From Sporopachydermia quercuum (Eukaryota): a stretch of DNA of 64,000 bases. The stretch spans positions 1,116,001 through 1,180,000 of the forward strand of contig BCGN01000008.1 in NCBI GenBank assembly GCA_001599295.1. The letters are read 5' to 3'. Shown here piece after piece: positions 10,754 through 22,857 of the stretch. The notes under the pieces were generated by a model. The model was not told where the DNA came from. It made no database searches and saw nothing but the letters and a program-made list of their open reading frames with translations. The position numbers and the translations under genes are program-made. The number at the start of each line of letters is the position of its first letter. The first letter of the stretch is position 1.

Positions 10754-11160
10754 TTGCTGGTGCAGTTTTTTACCATTTATCACCTCTACTTGAACTTAAA
10801 CATGCTACCTCCGTATTGCCGTATGATGATTGTTGTTTCTTATTTCATTCTTTTCAAGACTAGCAAATAGTATAGGTCAAGAAAAAAAAAGAACAATCAG
10901 AACCTCGGAATACAGATAACAGAGATTGATTTTGAGACTTGAATTATACGAAACTGAAATGAGCCTTGAAGTTATATTATGTTTATATAATCTAAAAAGG
11001 TACTTGTAACAGGAACTTACAATGGCTAATATTATATTGAATCACATGAATAGAAAGTCATAAACTACATGAAAGGGCAAGCAAAAAAAACATAATAAAT
11101 ATGCATAATTTAGTTAGCACTATACTGATGATTCATACTACAATTATGCTCAGTACTGGA

Positions 11161-13812
11161 TCATTCTTCGAAGATAAAACTTTCATTCTCATTCAGAGTA
11201 TGTGGTTGATGAAAATGATTAGCATAATATTCAAGATTTTCTGGTTCTTCCTCAGCATCAATTTCAGCTTGCGATTCATGTGGAAATAACGTTTCCAGAA
11301 TATTAGAAGTCTCATAAACATTTGGAAACACTGGTCTATGAGCAAACAAAGATGTAGATGGTCTTTTAGATGTCATTCGAAATTTGCGATTTCCCGTTTC
11401 CCCTACTTGAGCTTCCTTACTTATTTGATGTTCTAAAATTAAGCTCATATTTCGCTCCAAGGAAAGAAACAAGCTTGCCATCAAGAACGTCGACTCCCGC
11501 AGTGGGTATTTCAGTGGTGATGTATCTGATAACCAATACCAAGGGTTTTCTGAACTTAACATACCTCGAGTTCTGGTTCCTGACTCACAATGCTTTACTT
11601 CAGTCCAATCACCATAGTTATATCTTTTATCTGGATACCTTAGTACATCAATCATTAGTTTCCTTATGACGCCTAGAATTTCAATGTTTTCCCAGATTTC
11701 TTCGGAAACTAGTAAACTCTCAGGGTTCGTTTGCTGATCTTCAATAGAATGATTTTCACTTTCGATATGCGCTTCTTCATCAAGAATTTCAGAGGAGCCT
11801 GGTCTCAGAGTTGTGTCTTTCCCTTGCATATTCCCTTGCATATTCCCTTCAGCTTCATTTCCCTTATATCTATTACTACTATTTGCATAGTCTTCTTCTC
11901 CAATGGTATGAAAAGACAACCAGGATTTCCCTCTGTTAGCTTCCTTATTCGATTTATTTTTTCTTTTGACATCGGCAAGAATATTCTTAACAGGACGTAC
12001 ATATTCTAGGTCATCTGTTTCCAGAGATTCTACATCAGTACGATTCTGATCATCTTTATTTTCCGTTTCAGAGTCATTTTCATCAGCAGTTGAACGACCA
12101 ACCATTGCTTTGATAAGGCCAATTCTAACCGAGATGGAACGCGATACAGATAAGGCAAAGGCGACAAAAGAAGCCATCCAGGTAGATATTATTTCTGAAA
12201 ACTCATTAGCTACAGAGAACAATGAATCTCCCACACTTGAAATAAGAATTGTCATCAGTGGCACAGCTCCTAAAGCCCATGCACAAAAAAAAGGTCTACC
12301 GAAGTTTGAGTTTGGAGATAAATCACCATATCCAATAGTTAATAAGCATAAGAAGCAGAAATAGAAAGAGTTGAAGTAGTTCCAATGCTCAGCGTAATGG
12401 AACCAAAGAGCACCCATCATAAGAAAAAGTAGGAAAACAAACACAGTTAGAAACAATGACATACGTTTCTGGCGTAAAATAGACTCTTTTCTAAGAGCTC
12501 TCATTAGATTGAAACATTCCTCATCGGAAAGCGAGTATTTCTCTTTCTGCAGCTTTCTATACAACTTTTTCCTACGTTTTTCTAACCTATCCCAAAAGAA
12601 AGCAGGACCAGTAGTCACCAGGACTAAATTTCTAATCGTAGCGATGATTAACCCAAGAATCAGTACGCCGAACACAGCAAATACCAACGTAATGGCTTTA
12701 GATCCATATGAATTAGGTGCGACATCACCTAAACCTACAGTCAATACTGTAACAACGCAGAAATATATTGAGACGTTATATGGCGAATGAAGCTGTCTTG
12801 AGAATATAGCAGCAAAAACCCCCAGCCAGATAGCAAATAGGAATGTGAAAAAGATAAGGCCTCGTTGTGATTTATCCAGGTTATATTTGGCAGGATATTT
12901 TTTTCGATGGAAGCCAATTTGATTAACTGCTAGCACCATAAAACAGACAAAATAAAGGAAACATGCAATACAACCATAATAGTAAGAAGCCGATTGAGTA
13001 TAAATGCTATCTCCTGAAAAATACTTCACTTGATTCATGACCAAATCACCAAGCAAAAAGCCAATAGCAGTTATCCATGAGGCTATTGATACAGGTTGAG
13101 CTCTTCTATAAGTAACTCTCCCACTGAAATTCAGAAACAAGGCAACATTACCTATTAAGCCAAATAATAAGGAAAAAGCATTCAAGATTAACACCAATTT
13201 ACCATCATGAACAGCTTTATAAGTTCCTTTCATTTCTCTCCATGAGCCTGTCAGGGAAACAATATTGTTGAGGTTGGCCAAAGGTCCAACACAGGCTGCA
13301 ATGATAGGTAAATACGTAGCTAGTGAGAACCAGAAACTGCGAGATGTTAGTAATGATGATAACGATAGTGGTCAAAACAGTGCTAGTTAAAAAGAGACCA
13401 GCCACATTAAGATATTGTGAGTATTGTGAAACTTGTGAATAAATACTTACATGAATAGATCTTCACCAGGTGATACTTTCAATGAATTGTATAAATTGGT
13501 ATCTATTCGTAAAGCTGTCTTTGCTAATTCAGCAATTTCTGCTTCTTCATTGTGCTTGCTCCAACTCCTGATCGCACTGCAAGTACTTAAACGTGCTGAT
13601 GGAGATGATGTTGGGAGATTTTCTGAGGCTGTTGAGTCTGAGTTTTCGTTACTATTATCACTTATATTATTTTTCCCCTTGTCTGGAAACTTTTTTCCAC
13701 GGGTCAATCGTATTGACAATAAGTTTGGTGAATCATCGTTCGTCTGCGTAGTCGTCGCTCCACCATTTACTTTCTGCTTAGCAAATTTGAAACTGGGGTT
13801 TAATTTCCCCAT
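11161..13812 (-). CDS. TOK1: Outward-rectifying two-pore-domain K+ channel; complement(join(11161..13336,13451..13812)), 845 aa
   Basis: Two pore loops, TVLTVGLGD and CLLTIGYGD, and multiple TM segments. The spliced junction gives GEDLF-I-FWFSLATYLPIIAACVGPLAN, matching the Tok1 first TM region. Confidence 0.94.
13337..13450 (-). other. Spliceosomal intron in TOK1, 114 nt, phase 2
   Basis: Minus-strand donor GTAAGT at 13450, perfect branch TACTAAC (13352-13346), acceptor gCAG ending 13337; the frame joins the two track ORFs. Confidence 0.93.
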
Positions 13813-14256
13813 ACCTAGTTCCGTTCAAATACCTATTGTTGATCTGGTGTATAGGTATGCGACTATGAATAGAATAGGAACCTGTGCTATTAGTGCAGCC
13901 AATAGAATGTACTGTAAAGTAGTTAGTACAATGCTCAAAATAAAATTAATTAGTTAATAAGTATAATCCGTTCATAATAAAGTATAAGCTTCTATTATTT
14001 TCCGAAATCAATCAATTAGTGATCAAGCTGTTGTCTCTCTTTGCATTCTGTATAGTATGATTCAAGGTTTGATATTCAACTTGGCTCCTCAGCTGATTCT
14101 ACTGATAATGATCCTTCAGCTGCAAATTATGGGGTACTTGAACATCTCATACAGCTACTTCAGAGAAAAGTCTGATCACGCAAAAAGAACATAAAAAAAT
14201 CAATTGGTGATACCGATTCTTCTCTTCAACATATAGATGAAAGATCAATTTGCGTC

Positions 14257-14308
14257 TTTATATCTTGCAGTAGTAAAGAATATTTATATCTTGCAGTAGT
14301 AAAGAATA
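14257..14308. repeat. Perfect tandem duplication, 2 x 26 bp (tttatatcttgcagtagtaaagaata)
   Basis: Read directly at 14257-14282 and 14283-14308, in the TOK1/MRP51 divergent intergenic region. Confidence 0.95.
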
Positions 14309-15245
14309 TTTTTCTTGGTTTTTATGTACATGCTTGCTAAACAGCCATTATGCATAATAACGCAGAATATTGCATGAAAGCTGGACTACATACTATAACA
14401 CAAAAGCCCTGAAGACTTTGAATAATCTCGCATATATGGCTCTTGATAAAGTTACAAACTACTCCTTGTTTTAATCTTAGAATAATAAAAACCGTTTATG
14501 ATTAGATATAATTATTCAAGCGATATTCGCCTAGTGGTGCATTGCAGTTTATTGTAGGAAACTTTACTTTTCAATACTGGCTCTGCATTTATCAACACTT
14601 TGCAGGAAGTTTGCATAACAAAGACATCCTACAAAGATGAATTGAGGGATGAGCCAATTTGTTTGGACACAGGGCTTGAGACACTATCGTAAGAACTTCA
14701 AATGATAGATCTTTTTTGATTGATTAATCTCTTTTCAACCACTCAATCATTTGAGCATGAAGTTAGTCGAATAAATTCTCATGGTTCTTAGTCTTATCCA
14801 TTAATAAGTTTATATGTCAAACAAGGGTAAACTTAAATCTTCGGTAAGACCAAGGCCCATGCAATGTGTCTGCAGAAAACCTTCACTTGCATATTACAAT
14901 CATAGCTTAGACTTGCATGTATTATGAAGTGAAACTCCAAGTCAACATCCATACACCTAGGATTTTCCAACCACAGGACGCTCGAAAATGAAAATTTGGA
15001 CGACGACCAGTAATCCATCGAGATATCATATTATGGACCAAGTCAAGTGATCTGACAGATGAAATAAAGGTATAGTAATTGTTTTTCTCTGACATTCAGT
15101 AGCTTGTGAGGTTACAATAAGATATCCATTTTCCAGATTTGACGGGAAAGTATCAAAGCTGCAGCAAAGTGAGTAATCAATATTAAGAGACTACTAGGGA
15201 GTGAGGGAAGGAAGACCCTACTATTGTTTATTCAGTATTATCAAC

Positions 15246-16346
15246 ATGTCCCTTGCCACTGAGACCATGAGAGGGGTTATATCCAACTCAAGGCTTGTTT
15301 CATTGCCAAAAGCATTGAAAAGCAACCCTAGATATCTACCTGTGCTACCAGTTCTTCATGCCCCAAGTGCCAGTAGACATCGTTTGGATTGGGGTTTGAA
15401 AGCTCCAATACCATCAAAAATGAACTTGAAACACATGGTCGTTGAACAACTCGACTGTCTAGAAAGAATCACGATGTTTGATCATGGTGAAGGACCTGTC
15501 AATTCCTTGAACAGAATCAGACAGTTGAATATTCCGTTCAGATACGCAAATGAGAGGAACGGGATAAAGGTCGAAGAAAACGGTTGCCATAATCCTCTTT
15601 TCACAAAGCCTACTCAAGCTTATTTTGAAAAAGATGTGATGAATATGACTCAAGTATCAGAAATCACCGAAACTTTGCTTGATCTTGAGCCTCATACTCA
15701 TGCTAAGAGATTGAAGCAATTGATAGCATCAAGTCGACAACTAAGAGACGAGTTCCGTCAATTCGTTATCGAAGAAAAGAACCAGGATATCAGTCAGATT
15801 CAGAAAACGAATACTGATACACTTGTAGCCGAATTTTTCAACAGGAGGAAACAAATACAAAGGCATCTGACTAATAAATCTACCCAGATATTAAACTTGA
15901 AAACTACTGGAGGCAGAACAGCTGCAGCGGGAACTGGTGGTATTTCTTATGCCTTACAAGGAAGATTGAGAAATAGCCCCAATGGTATTGAAAGAACAAC
16001 TATTGTTCCAGGTAGATTATTAAATTTTGTGAATAATAATGCCGCTGTTGGAGTAGCAGGTATTGTGGGGGTAACATCCAAGCATGGATTATCAGTTGTA
16101 TCCAACAAGAGCAGCAGAGCAAAGAATTTGATGCATCCTAAGAATTTTGTCGTTACAACTGCTGAAGTGAATCGTTCTGGAACTGTGAACTTACAATTGG
16201 ATCCTGCAGTACCTAAACTGTCCCACTCTCGAAGTAGAACAGCCAACAAACAATTCTCACCATTCAGACGTGATACTTCCCCTTCTCAAAATGAAGAAAT
16301 ATTTCAAGCTATTTTGGATACTTTAGAACACGACAAGTTTTCTTGA
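15246..16346 (+). CDS. MRP51: Mitochondrial small-subunit ribosomal protein bS1m
   Basis: N-terminal SRLVSLP, RHRLDWGLKAPIP, TGGISYALQG, VPGR and AAVGVAGIVG fit the Mrp51 family. First in-frame ATG is 15246 (the track starts at GTG). Confidence 0.82.
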   Translation: MSLATETMRGVISNSRLVSLPKALKSNPRYLPVLPVLHAPSASRHRLDWGLKAPIPSKMNLKHMVVEQLDCLERITMFDHGEGPVNSLNRIRQLNIPFRYANERNGIKVEENGCHNPLFTKPTQAYFEKDVMNMTQVSEITETLLDLEPHTHAKRLKQLIASSRQLRDEFRQFVIEEKNQDISQIQKTNTDTLVAEFFNRRKQIQRHLTNKSTQILNLKTTGGRTAAAGTGGISYALQGRLRNSPNGIERTTIVPGRLLNFVNNNAAVGVAGIVGVTSKHGLSVVSNKSSRAKNLMHPKNFVVTTAEVNRSGTVNLQLDPAVPKLSHSRSRTANKQFSPFRRDTSPSQNEEIFQAILDTLEHDKFS

Positions 16347-17424
16347 TCCTCGCAATGTCATGTATATAATAATATTACTTAAATTTGTCATCACTTCCTT
16401 ACAATTGAATCACTTTACGTAGCTTGAGCAGTGTTTTTCTTCTCCTATCAGCATCTTGTTCCATTGCCTAATTTTCATCGAGAGCCGATTTATTTTTCAT
16501 TATCACCACATTATAAGGTCTCATCACGTCACATCCTGTGGGAAGAAGTTAGCTATTCTTTTATATATAGCAATTCTGGATAAGAACAACTTCAATGAGT
16601 GAGAAGAGTTATAGTTTTGTTTGGTTTATTCATGCCGAGCTTGCTAACGACTTCAAAGACATAATAATCAGCAGGCGATCATTTCAGAGCCGTTTAATCA
16701 CGTTTAATCAAGTCATTATTATATTGCATACAAAAAAAAGGTACCTGGTCATCACTAAAATTGTTGCTTTGATCTCAGCTCATGCATGTGATGAAACCTT
16801 ACTGAGTTCTATCTGAAACAATAAGAATAATACTGACACGAAAATATCTAACGTTCAGAAGTCGCATTAATAGTGAAAATTGAACCTTTTATTAGTGAAA
16901 CTTTTATCAACATTAATATTAATATACATATAATATACATATACCTTAAGATAATAGTCCATCAATTGGACACAGGAGTACTATAATATTCTGATTATGA
17001 TGCCCAACTACTCTTTCATGCAATACTTGCATATTTATGCATGTATTAGTAATTGCCCCATTATTTCCGAATCGAGCAAGATACCGAGACAATAAAGCAA
17101 AAAATGAGATAATCAAAATGCAGGTCATTGAATTAACAATAATCCTAGTCTTTCTGGTGTTGCTGATTAATCGTTGACTTAAATACCACAAAAGTCCTCT
17201 ATTTGTTCTTCTTTGATCCCATAGTCGAGTCATGTTCCTAAAAGCTGTTTATGCTACATTGGTTTACTCAAACACGACTCAATCGTTCGAAATTCAGTCG
17301 ATAACTGTGTCTGTACATTCATTTACATGCTCAATAATCTAATTACTAGCATCTATTCATCACAAACCGCATTGTAACACAGATCATACGTCTATTTTTT
17401 ACATTATAGGCTGTTTCTATTTTC

Positions 17425-18918
17425 ATGAATCCAACAAAAGATAAGATGACTGAAAGAAAAGCCAAAGATCTATCTCACAAATTCTCGGAAGAGGCCAACA
17501 GACGGAAGCCCTCAAACTTGAAAGGGTTACAGCGATTTCTGGATATTCCTGATCTTGTTTTCCTTGCTGGTGGTCTTCCTGCCCCTGCCCAGTTTCCTTT
17601 CGAAACAGTATCATTTACAGCAGCAGACCCATCAAGCGATGAACTAATCAACGCTGAGATTAAGAAATATAACGATCCCGCAAATGGAACAGATTTCCAG
17701 GATATTCCTTTGAGTCAAGCATTACAATATGGTGCAACTATTGGTGAAGCACCTCTGTTGAAATTTGTAAAAGAGCATACAGAAATCATTCATTCCATCC
17801 CATACCAAGACTGGGATGTTATTCTCAATGCTGGTGCTACTCAAGGTTGGGACAGCGTTTTAAGAACGTTTACAAACAATGGCGATTGGATTTTGGCAGA
17901 AGAGTTCACGTTTCCTCCTCCTTTAGGTGATGCGAATGCACGGGGTGTGAATGTTGTTCCTGTACCATTGGATGATCAAGGACTTATTCCCGAAGCTCTA
18001 GAACATATTTTGGAAAACTGGCAAGAAGATAAGCTCCCAAAATTGTTGTATACAATTCCTACCGGTCAGAATCCAACCGGTAGCACCCTACCTAACAATC
18101 GAAGGGAGGAAGTGTATAAAATTGCTCAGAAGTATGATTTTATCATTGTAGAAGATGACCCTTATTATTATTTACAACTAGATGAGTATTCGCCGCTAGG
18201 AACCGAAGGAAAAGTGTATCAAAGTCCGATTAAAACCAAGGAACAGTTTATTTCATCTTTAGAAAACTCTTTTCTTCATTATGATGTTGATGGTAGAGTT
18301 GTTAGATTAGAAACGTTTTCCAAGGTTGTAGCTCCTGGTTCTAGATTAGGATACACTATTGCTCAAGTATCAGTTATTGAGAAAATCACCCAAGCACAGG
18401 GAGCGGGAATTCAATCTCCTGGCGGGTTCCCTCAAGCTCTAATCTATGCTTTATTAGGAAGATGGGGACAAGATAAGTATATTGATTGGTTGATAGAACT
18501 TAGGAAAGAGTATTCGGTAAGGAGAAACATCGCTGTGAAAGCTATCGAGGATTCTTTAGCAGGTGTTGATTATAAGAATGCTGGAATCTCATGGTCAATT
18601 CCTAGTGCAGGAATGTTTTTTATTATCAAAGCTGATGCAACCAAACATAAATTGTTTAAAGAGGGCAAAGGGGATTTGAACTCTATAGAGGATACAATAT
18701 TTGAAAGAGCTAGTGCTAATGGAGCTTTACTTGCACCTGGACATTGGTTTGCTACCGGCGATTCCAGAGTTAATAGACCAGCTAATTTGGACAAAAACGA
18801 ATTATTGTTCAGAAGTACATTTGCCGCAGTTCCTGTTGATCGGTTGACATTAGGAGTTAACAGATTTGTCGAGACTTTGATTGAGGAATTAAATTTGAAA
18901 GACACAACTGTTGAATAG
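17425..18918 (+). CDS. ARO8: Aromatic amino acid / 2-aminoadipate aminotransferase (class I PLP), Aro8-like
   Basis: LAGGLP, ALQYG, KLLYTIPTGQNPTG, EDDPYYYLQ and the PLP-lysine motif RLETFSKVVAPGSRLG. Whether it is an ortholog or paralog cannot be resolved here. Confidence 0.85.
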   Translation: MNPTKDKMTERKAKDLSHKFSEEANRRKPSNLKGLQRFLDIPDLVFLAGGLPAPAQFPFETVSFTAADPSSDELINAEIKKYNDPANGTDFQDIPLSQALQYGATIGEAPLLKFVKEHTEIIHSIPYQDWDVILNAGATQGWDSVLRTFTNNGDWILAEEFTFPPPLGDANARGVNVVPVPLDDQGLIPEALEHILENWQEDKLPKLLYTIPTGQNPTGSTLPNNRREEVYKIAQKYDFIIVEDDPYYYLQLDEYSPLGTEGKVYQSPIKTKEQFISSLENSFLHYDVDGRVVRLETFSKVVAPGSRLGYTIAQVSVIEKITQAQGAGIQSPGGFPQALIYALLGRWGQDKYIDWLIELRKEYSVRRNIAVKAIEDSLAGVDYKNAGISWSIPSAGMFFIIKADATKHKLFKEGKGDLNSIEDTIFERASANGALLAPGHWFATGDSRVNRPANLDKNELLFRSTFAAVPVDRLTLGVNRFVETLIEELNLKDTTVE

Positions 18919-20853
18919 AGGAAATGATTAAAGTATGGAGCTGTTTGTATTTTATTGCTTAATTGTTAAATACAAAGCGACCGACTCTATCAAATTTTGA
19001 TGTGTTAAGATGAACATCAATGCAAAACAGAAATTTTGCTTAGCTTGATTGTCAGTATGTTATAGGTTCGTTGAGCTAGAGATTGTATAAAATGGGGAGG
19101 GAATGAATGACAATCGAAAATATCTTTCAACTAATAAGGGATGTTAACTATATTATACAATATACGGTAATTGTTTTGTTTAGAAGTGGAATCTTTCTGC
19201 GGTGGATAAATCAATAATGGCTTGATTTTATAGTTAAAGCATGAGAAATGACGTATATAATGAGCCTCAATGCATCCAAAGATCATATGAAGCTTTAAAT
19301 CCGATAAAAGCAATAATATTTGGCAGAGACTTTTCTATTAGAGTAAAGTAATTGATATGCTGATTTATTTTTGTCCTCAACAACTGAAGTTTCAAGAACA
19401 TAGATTTACAGTAAATTGAAAAGAGGAATTTTCACTGTATTGTAAACAATTGGAATTTGATAACTTTAGCTACTTGAATCAAATAATTTCTAACTTGTAC
19501 CCAAGGAACATGCTTGGTTGTTAGTTATCTGATAAATCCATAATAATTGTAAAATATCAACAAGACAACCAATTCTTACCCTTGACCATAATTATGTTAA
19601 CATATGCCCCGAAAATATATTAAGATTAAAGTCAGTATTTTATGCATATGCTAAGCATATTTCAATTACTAAATTGAGAATTATTACAACAAGATTCAAC
19701 TAATGGAAGCTTGAAGTGATTTTTATTGATTAAATGCATCATCACTTATTCAATTACCGTAAATGATGGAATTAATTGTAATAACATAATACATTAAAAA
19801 CAAAACAAATCAGTATCATTTACATTTTCAGTCTGACCCAGATGAAATGAAATGATAAATTTATTTATCCACCAGCTTAGCTCATTCTAGTATTCAAGTA
19901 GTCGAGGGTATTGGAAGAATCAATTACTAGAGAAAACTGCCTCAAGCATTTCACACAACTTTAACATGCCAATTGTACCAAGAGCAGATGTATATCATTT
20001 CAAATGTTTATTAGATAAGTGTACATATTCTTATATCTACATCGAGATATGCCATGCGACTTCTATGTTCGAACATGAATTCTGAAATTAACTATTATTA
20101 CTATGTTTCTTCATGATTCGTATTTATCTCCATTGGAAGCTATGTTGAAGAAAGATAAATTGTGTAATGTTGTTGACTACTGTGTTGATATTCAATAACA
20201 ACTATGAATAGTTTACGGTTGAATGTTCTCTAATTAAGTTGCAATATCTGAGTTCCGAGATCAAATCACAAAATTTATATACAAGTATATTGGAATTGTT
20301 TGAATACTCTTTTGGACATGGCCGATAATTCAAGTAATTTGAGTTCGACAGAGTCTCCCGTTGTCCACATTTTCAATCACAAATAGACCATTCTGAGTAA
20401 TTGCAGTAAGTGATAGTTCTCGGAATCAATGTTCAGATATTAAGATTACCGGTTTTCACTGTTACCTTGCTCCGACTGAAAATTCCGGGTTAGCCATTTG
20501 GGCAATCGGAATACAAATGAAAAAATAAGGCATAGGATATTTCATCGAATCATTTGAAACGGTGTGGAGAATGACTCTTCTTGAAATGGAAACGATAGCT
20601 GTTAAATACCATTGAAGGATGATTGCCGAACGAAGTAAGTTAGGTACTAATATTCCAAAGATAACTATTTCGGGATAAATTCGGATCTCAAAACCATGCA
20701 ACGTTTCATTGGCTGTCCCCGTTCTAAACCAGAAAGAGGAATGCGTGTTATTGCCGCTATATCACTAACTCAGAATTTTCAGGTGGGCTTTTTGAATCAA
20801 CAGATTTGAAAACTGATTGGGATTGGGATACTATTTCCACTATTTTTCTATCC

Positions 20854-22857
20854 TTATTGTACCAGCTTCTCAAGCTCTAATCTTCGAACCAACCAATCTA
20901 GTTTCTCATCTGCTTCACACTGTTCTCGGATATGTCCCTCAATTACCCCACATCGGTCTCGAAACCCTAGTCGGTTCCATTGCTTCATGGCCAAGATCCC
21001 CCATAGTAGCATTTTTCTATTTCGACTCATTCCTATTAATAACGGAGCATTTTCGGGGTCATACCCCGCTTTCGCCAAGCCAAGTTTCTGCCTGTATATA
21101 TAGCTTTCATAACTACTGCTTATTCTTTCCAGTACTAATGAGTACCCAATTTTACCCACCAGTAAACTTTCTTTGGGAACCGGAGCGATGGAACTGGATT
21201 TTGAGCCAGAAGCACCTGAAACGGAATTAGATACGTTTCGTAGGCTCCGAAACTCCAAACTTTCTTCATCGAGAGCCCTTCGGAACCACCGCACCGAGGT
21301 TTCTACTGTATTTTCTCCTGAATCTTTTCCCAAAGTAGGAGATTGCCGATCTAACCACAATAACAGCTCTGACATAATAAAAACACATCGAGCAGCATAG
21401 GCAAAAAGATTACACCGGGAAACATAGGAATACAACGCGGAATCTAATGCTGTATCCAGTAACTCTTTTCGAAGTTTACTTGCCGATTCCGCAAAAAGAA
21501 GACTGCTTATTCCAATCATTTCCTGACAAGCGGCCAAATGGCTCCAGGCTTTATCAGAATGGAAATCTTTAGCCGCTAGATCGTAGATACTGTTGGCATG
21601 TCGGAAATCTCGGAGCATAAGGGCGAAATCGGCAAGTCTTCGGAGTAAAGATTCCGGACTTGCTGGTGCATAGAAACCTCTTTCGGCATCATAACCGGAA
21701 TCTCCACCTTTATCTGTTCCACGATTCCCGGAACCGGATGAATTGCCCATCCACCTTTTGGACACAGAAAACAGACGTCCAGTAATGCTTCGACGCGGAG
21801 TTACTACTTGTTCTGTCCATAAGTTTATGCACCTTTCCATGTAAGGAACGACTGCTTGTGTGACTACTTCCCGAACGAACGTTTGTATCGCATTGAAATC
21901 GTCTATGTGCAATACGTATTGTTTGGACAGTTCATCAGCTTGAGCTTCTAAAGATGCATCCAGTCCGGAAAGATAGGATCCCAAAGCATCCACTACTATT
22001 TCAGGTTTCACGGAGACCATGCTTTTATTATCGGAACCTTCGGGACTCTCAGAAGCTCGGTTTCGGCCAATCCGAAGCATATAACATTGCATACCGAAAT
22101 GCCGTTTTAATGCTTCAAAAGTAGCGGCAGAGCGGGATAACTCATGCCGAGACTCATCATGCAGTAGTACAAAACATCGGATGGTCTCTCGGCTCACAAA
22201 ACTCGGCATCTGTTGTTCCTGGACAAACTTGAAATGCCTAGATAATGTGTCTATTGCCTCTCGGGGCTCCAGTCCGGAAGAAACAACCAACATGGACGCC
22301 ACCGGATGATTGAACGTCTCAAAAGGGGTCAATTGTCCTGTATGAGCAAGTAATTGCTGGAAATACTTCAAATATAGTCTCTGATCCCGACAATCATGGG
22401 GTACTTTTTTCAAATGTGATAGAAATTTTGCTTCAACAGGTCGGATTGTCGCGGAAGGTGTGGGAAATGGGGCTTCGGTTGTGAATGTGCGGGCATTGGT
22501 AAATCTTACTTTGAAATTATTGTGGTTTCGGACAACGTTTCGGATATCCCGGATGGAAACGTAACCCTTCACTGTTGATCCCACTGTTCGGAGGAGCTCC
22601 GAGAGGGAAGTGAAGCCCAAAGCTTGGACCGTTTTATCAGCATCATCCGAAGCAACGACAGAAACTGTGGGTGCGAAATGCCGCGTTATAAGTTTGTAGC
22701 AGCTGTTTTCCAACGGCTCAGGCGTATCAATGAGAGTGGATGTTCGCTGTGGAGTTTCTAATCCGTCTCCGTCTCCGCTTCCGTTGACAGATTCTTCTGA
22801 TCCTGCGAGTTTAACCGACTGGAATGACTCGGTTGAATCCAACTGGGCAGAGGCCAT
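20854..22857 (-). CDS. TRS85: TRAPPIII-specific subunit (TRAPPC8 family)
   Basis: TPFETFNHPVA, FVREVVTQAVVPYMERCI, WTEQVVTPRRSITGRLF, SPESLLRRLADFALMLRDF and DKAWSHLAACQEM. First in-frame ATG is 22857. Confidence 0.9.
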   Translation of the reverse strand: MASAQLDSTESFQSVKLAGSEESVNGSGDGDGLETPQRTSTLIDTPEPLENSCYKLITRHFAPTVSVVASDDADKTVQALGFTSLSELLRTVGSTVKGYVSIRDIRNVVRNHNNFKVRFTNARTFTTEAPFPTPSATIRPVEAKFLSHLKKVPHDCRDQRLYLKYFQQLLAHTGQLTPFETFNHPVASMLVVSSGLEPREAIDTLSRHFKFVQEQQMPSFVSRETIRCFVLLHDESRHELSRSAATFEALKRHFGMQCYMLRIGRNRASESPEGSDNKSMVSVKPEIVVDALGSYLSGLDASLEAQADELSKQYVLHIDDFNAIQTFVREVVTQAVVPYMERCINLWTEQVVTPRRSITGRLFSVSKRWMGNSSGSGNRGTDKGGDSGYDAERGFYAPASPESLLRRLADFALMLRDFRHANSIYDLAAKDFHSDKAWSHLAACQEMIGISSLLFAESASKLRKELLDTALDSALYSYVSRCNLFAYAARCVFIMSELLLWLDRQSPTLGKDSGENTVETSVRWFRRALDEESLEFRSLRNVSNSVSGASGSKSSSIAPVPKESLLVGKIGYSLVLERISSSYESYIYRQKLGLAKAGYDPENAPLLIGMSRNRKMLLWGILAMKQWNRLGFRDRCGVIEGHIREQCEADEKLDWLVRRLELEKLVQ

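Noticed and set aside
13451..13957. 168-aa + strand ORF
   Set aside because: Antisense shadow of TOK1 exon 1; no recognisable motifs.
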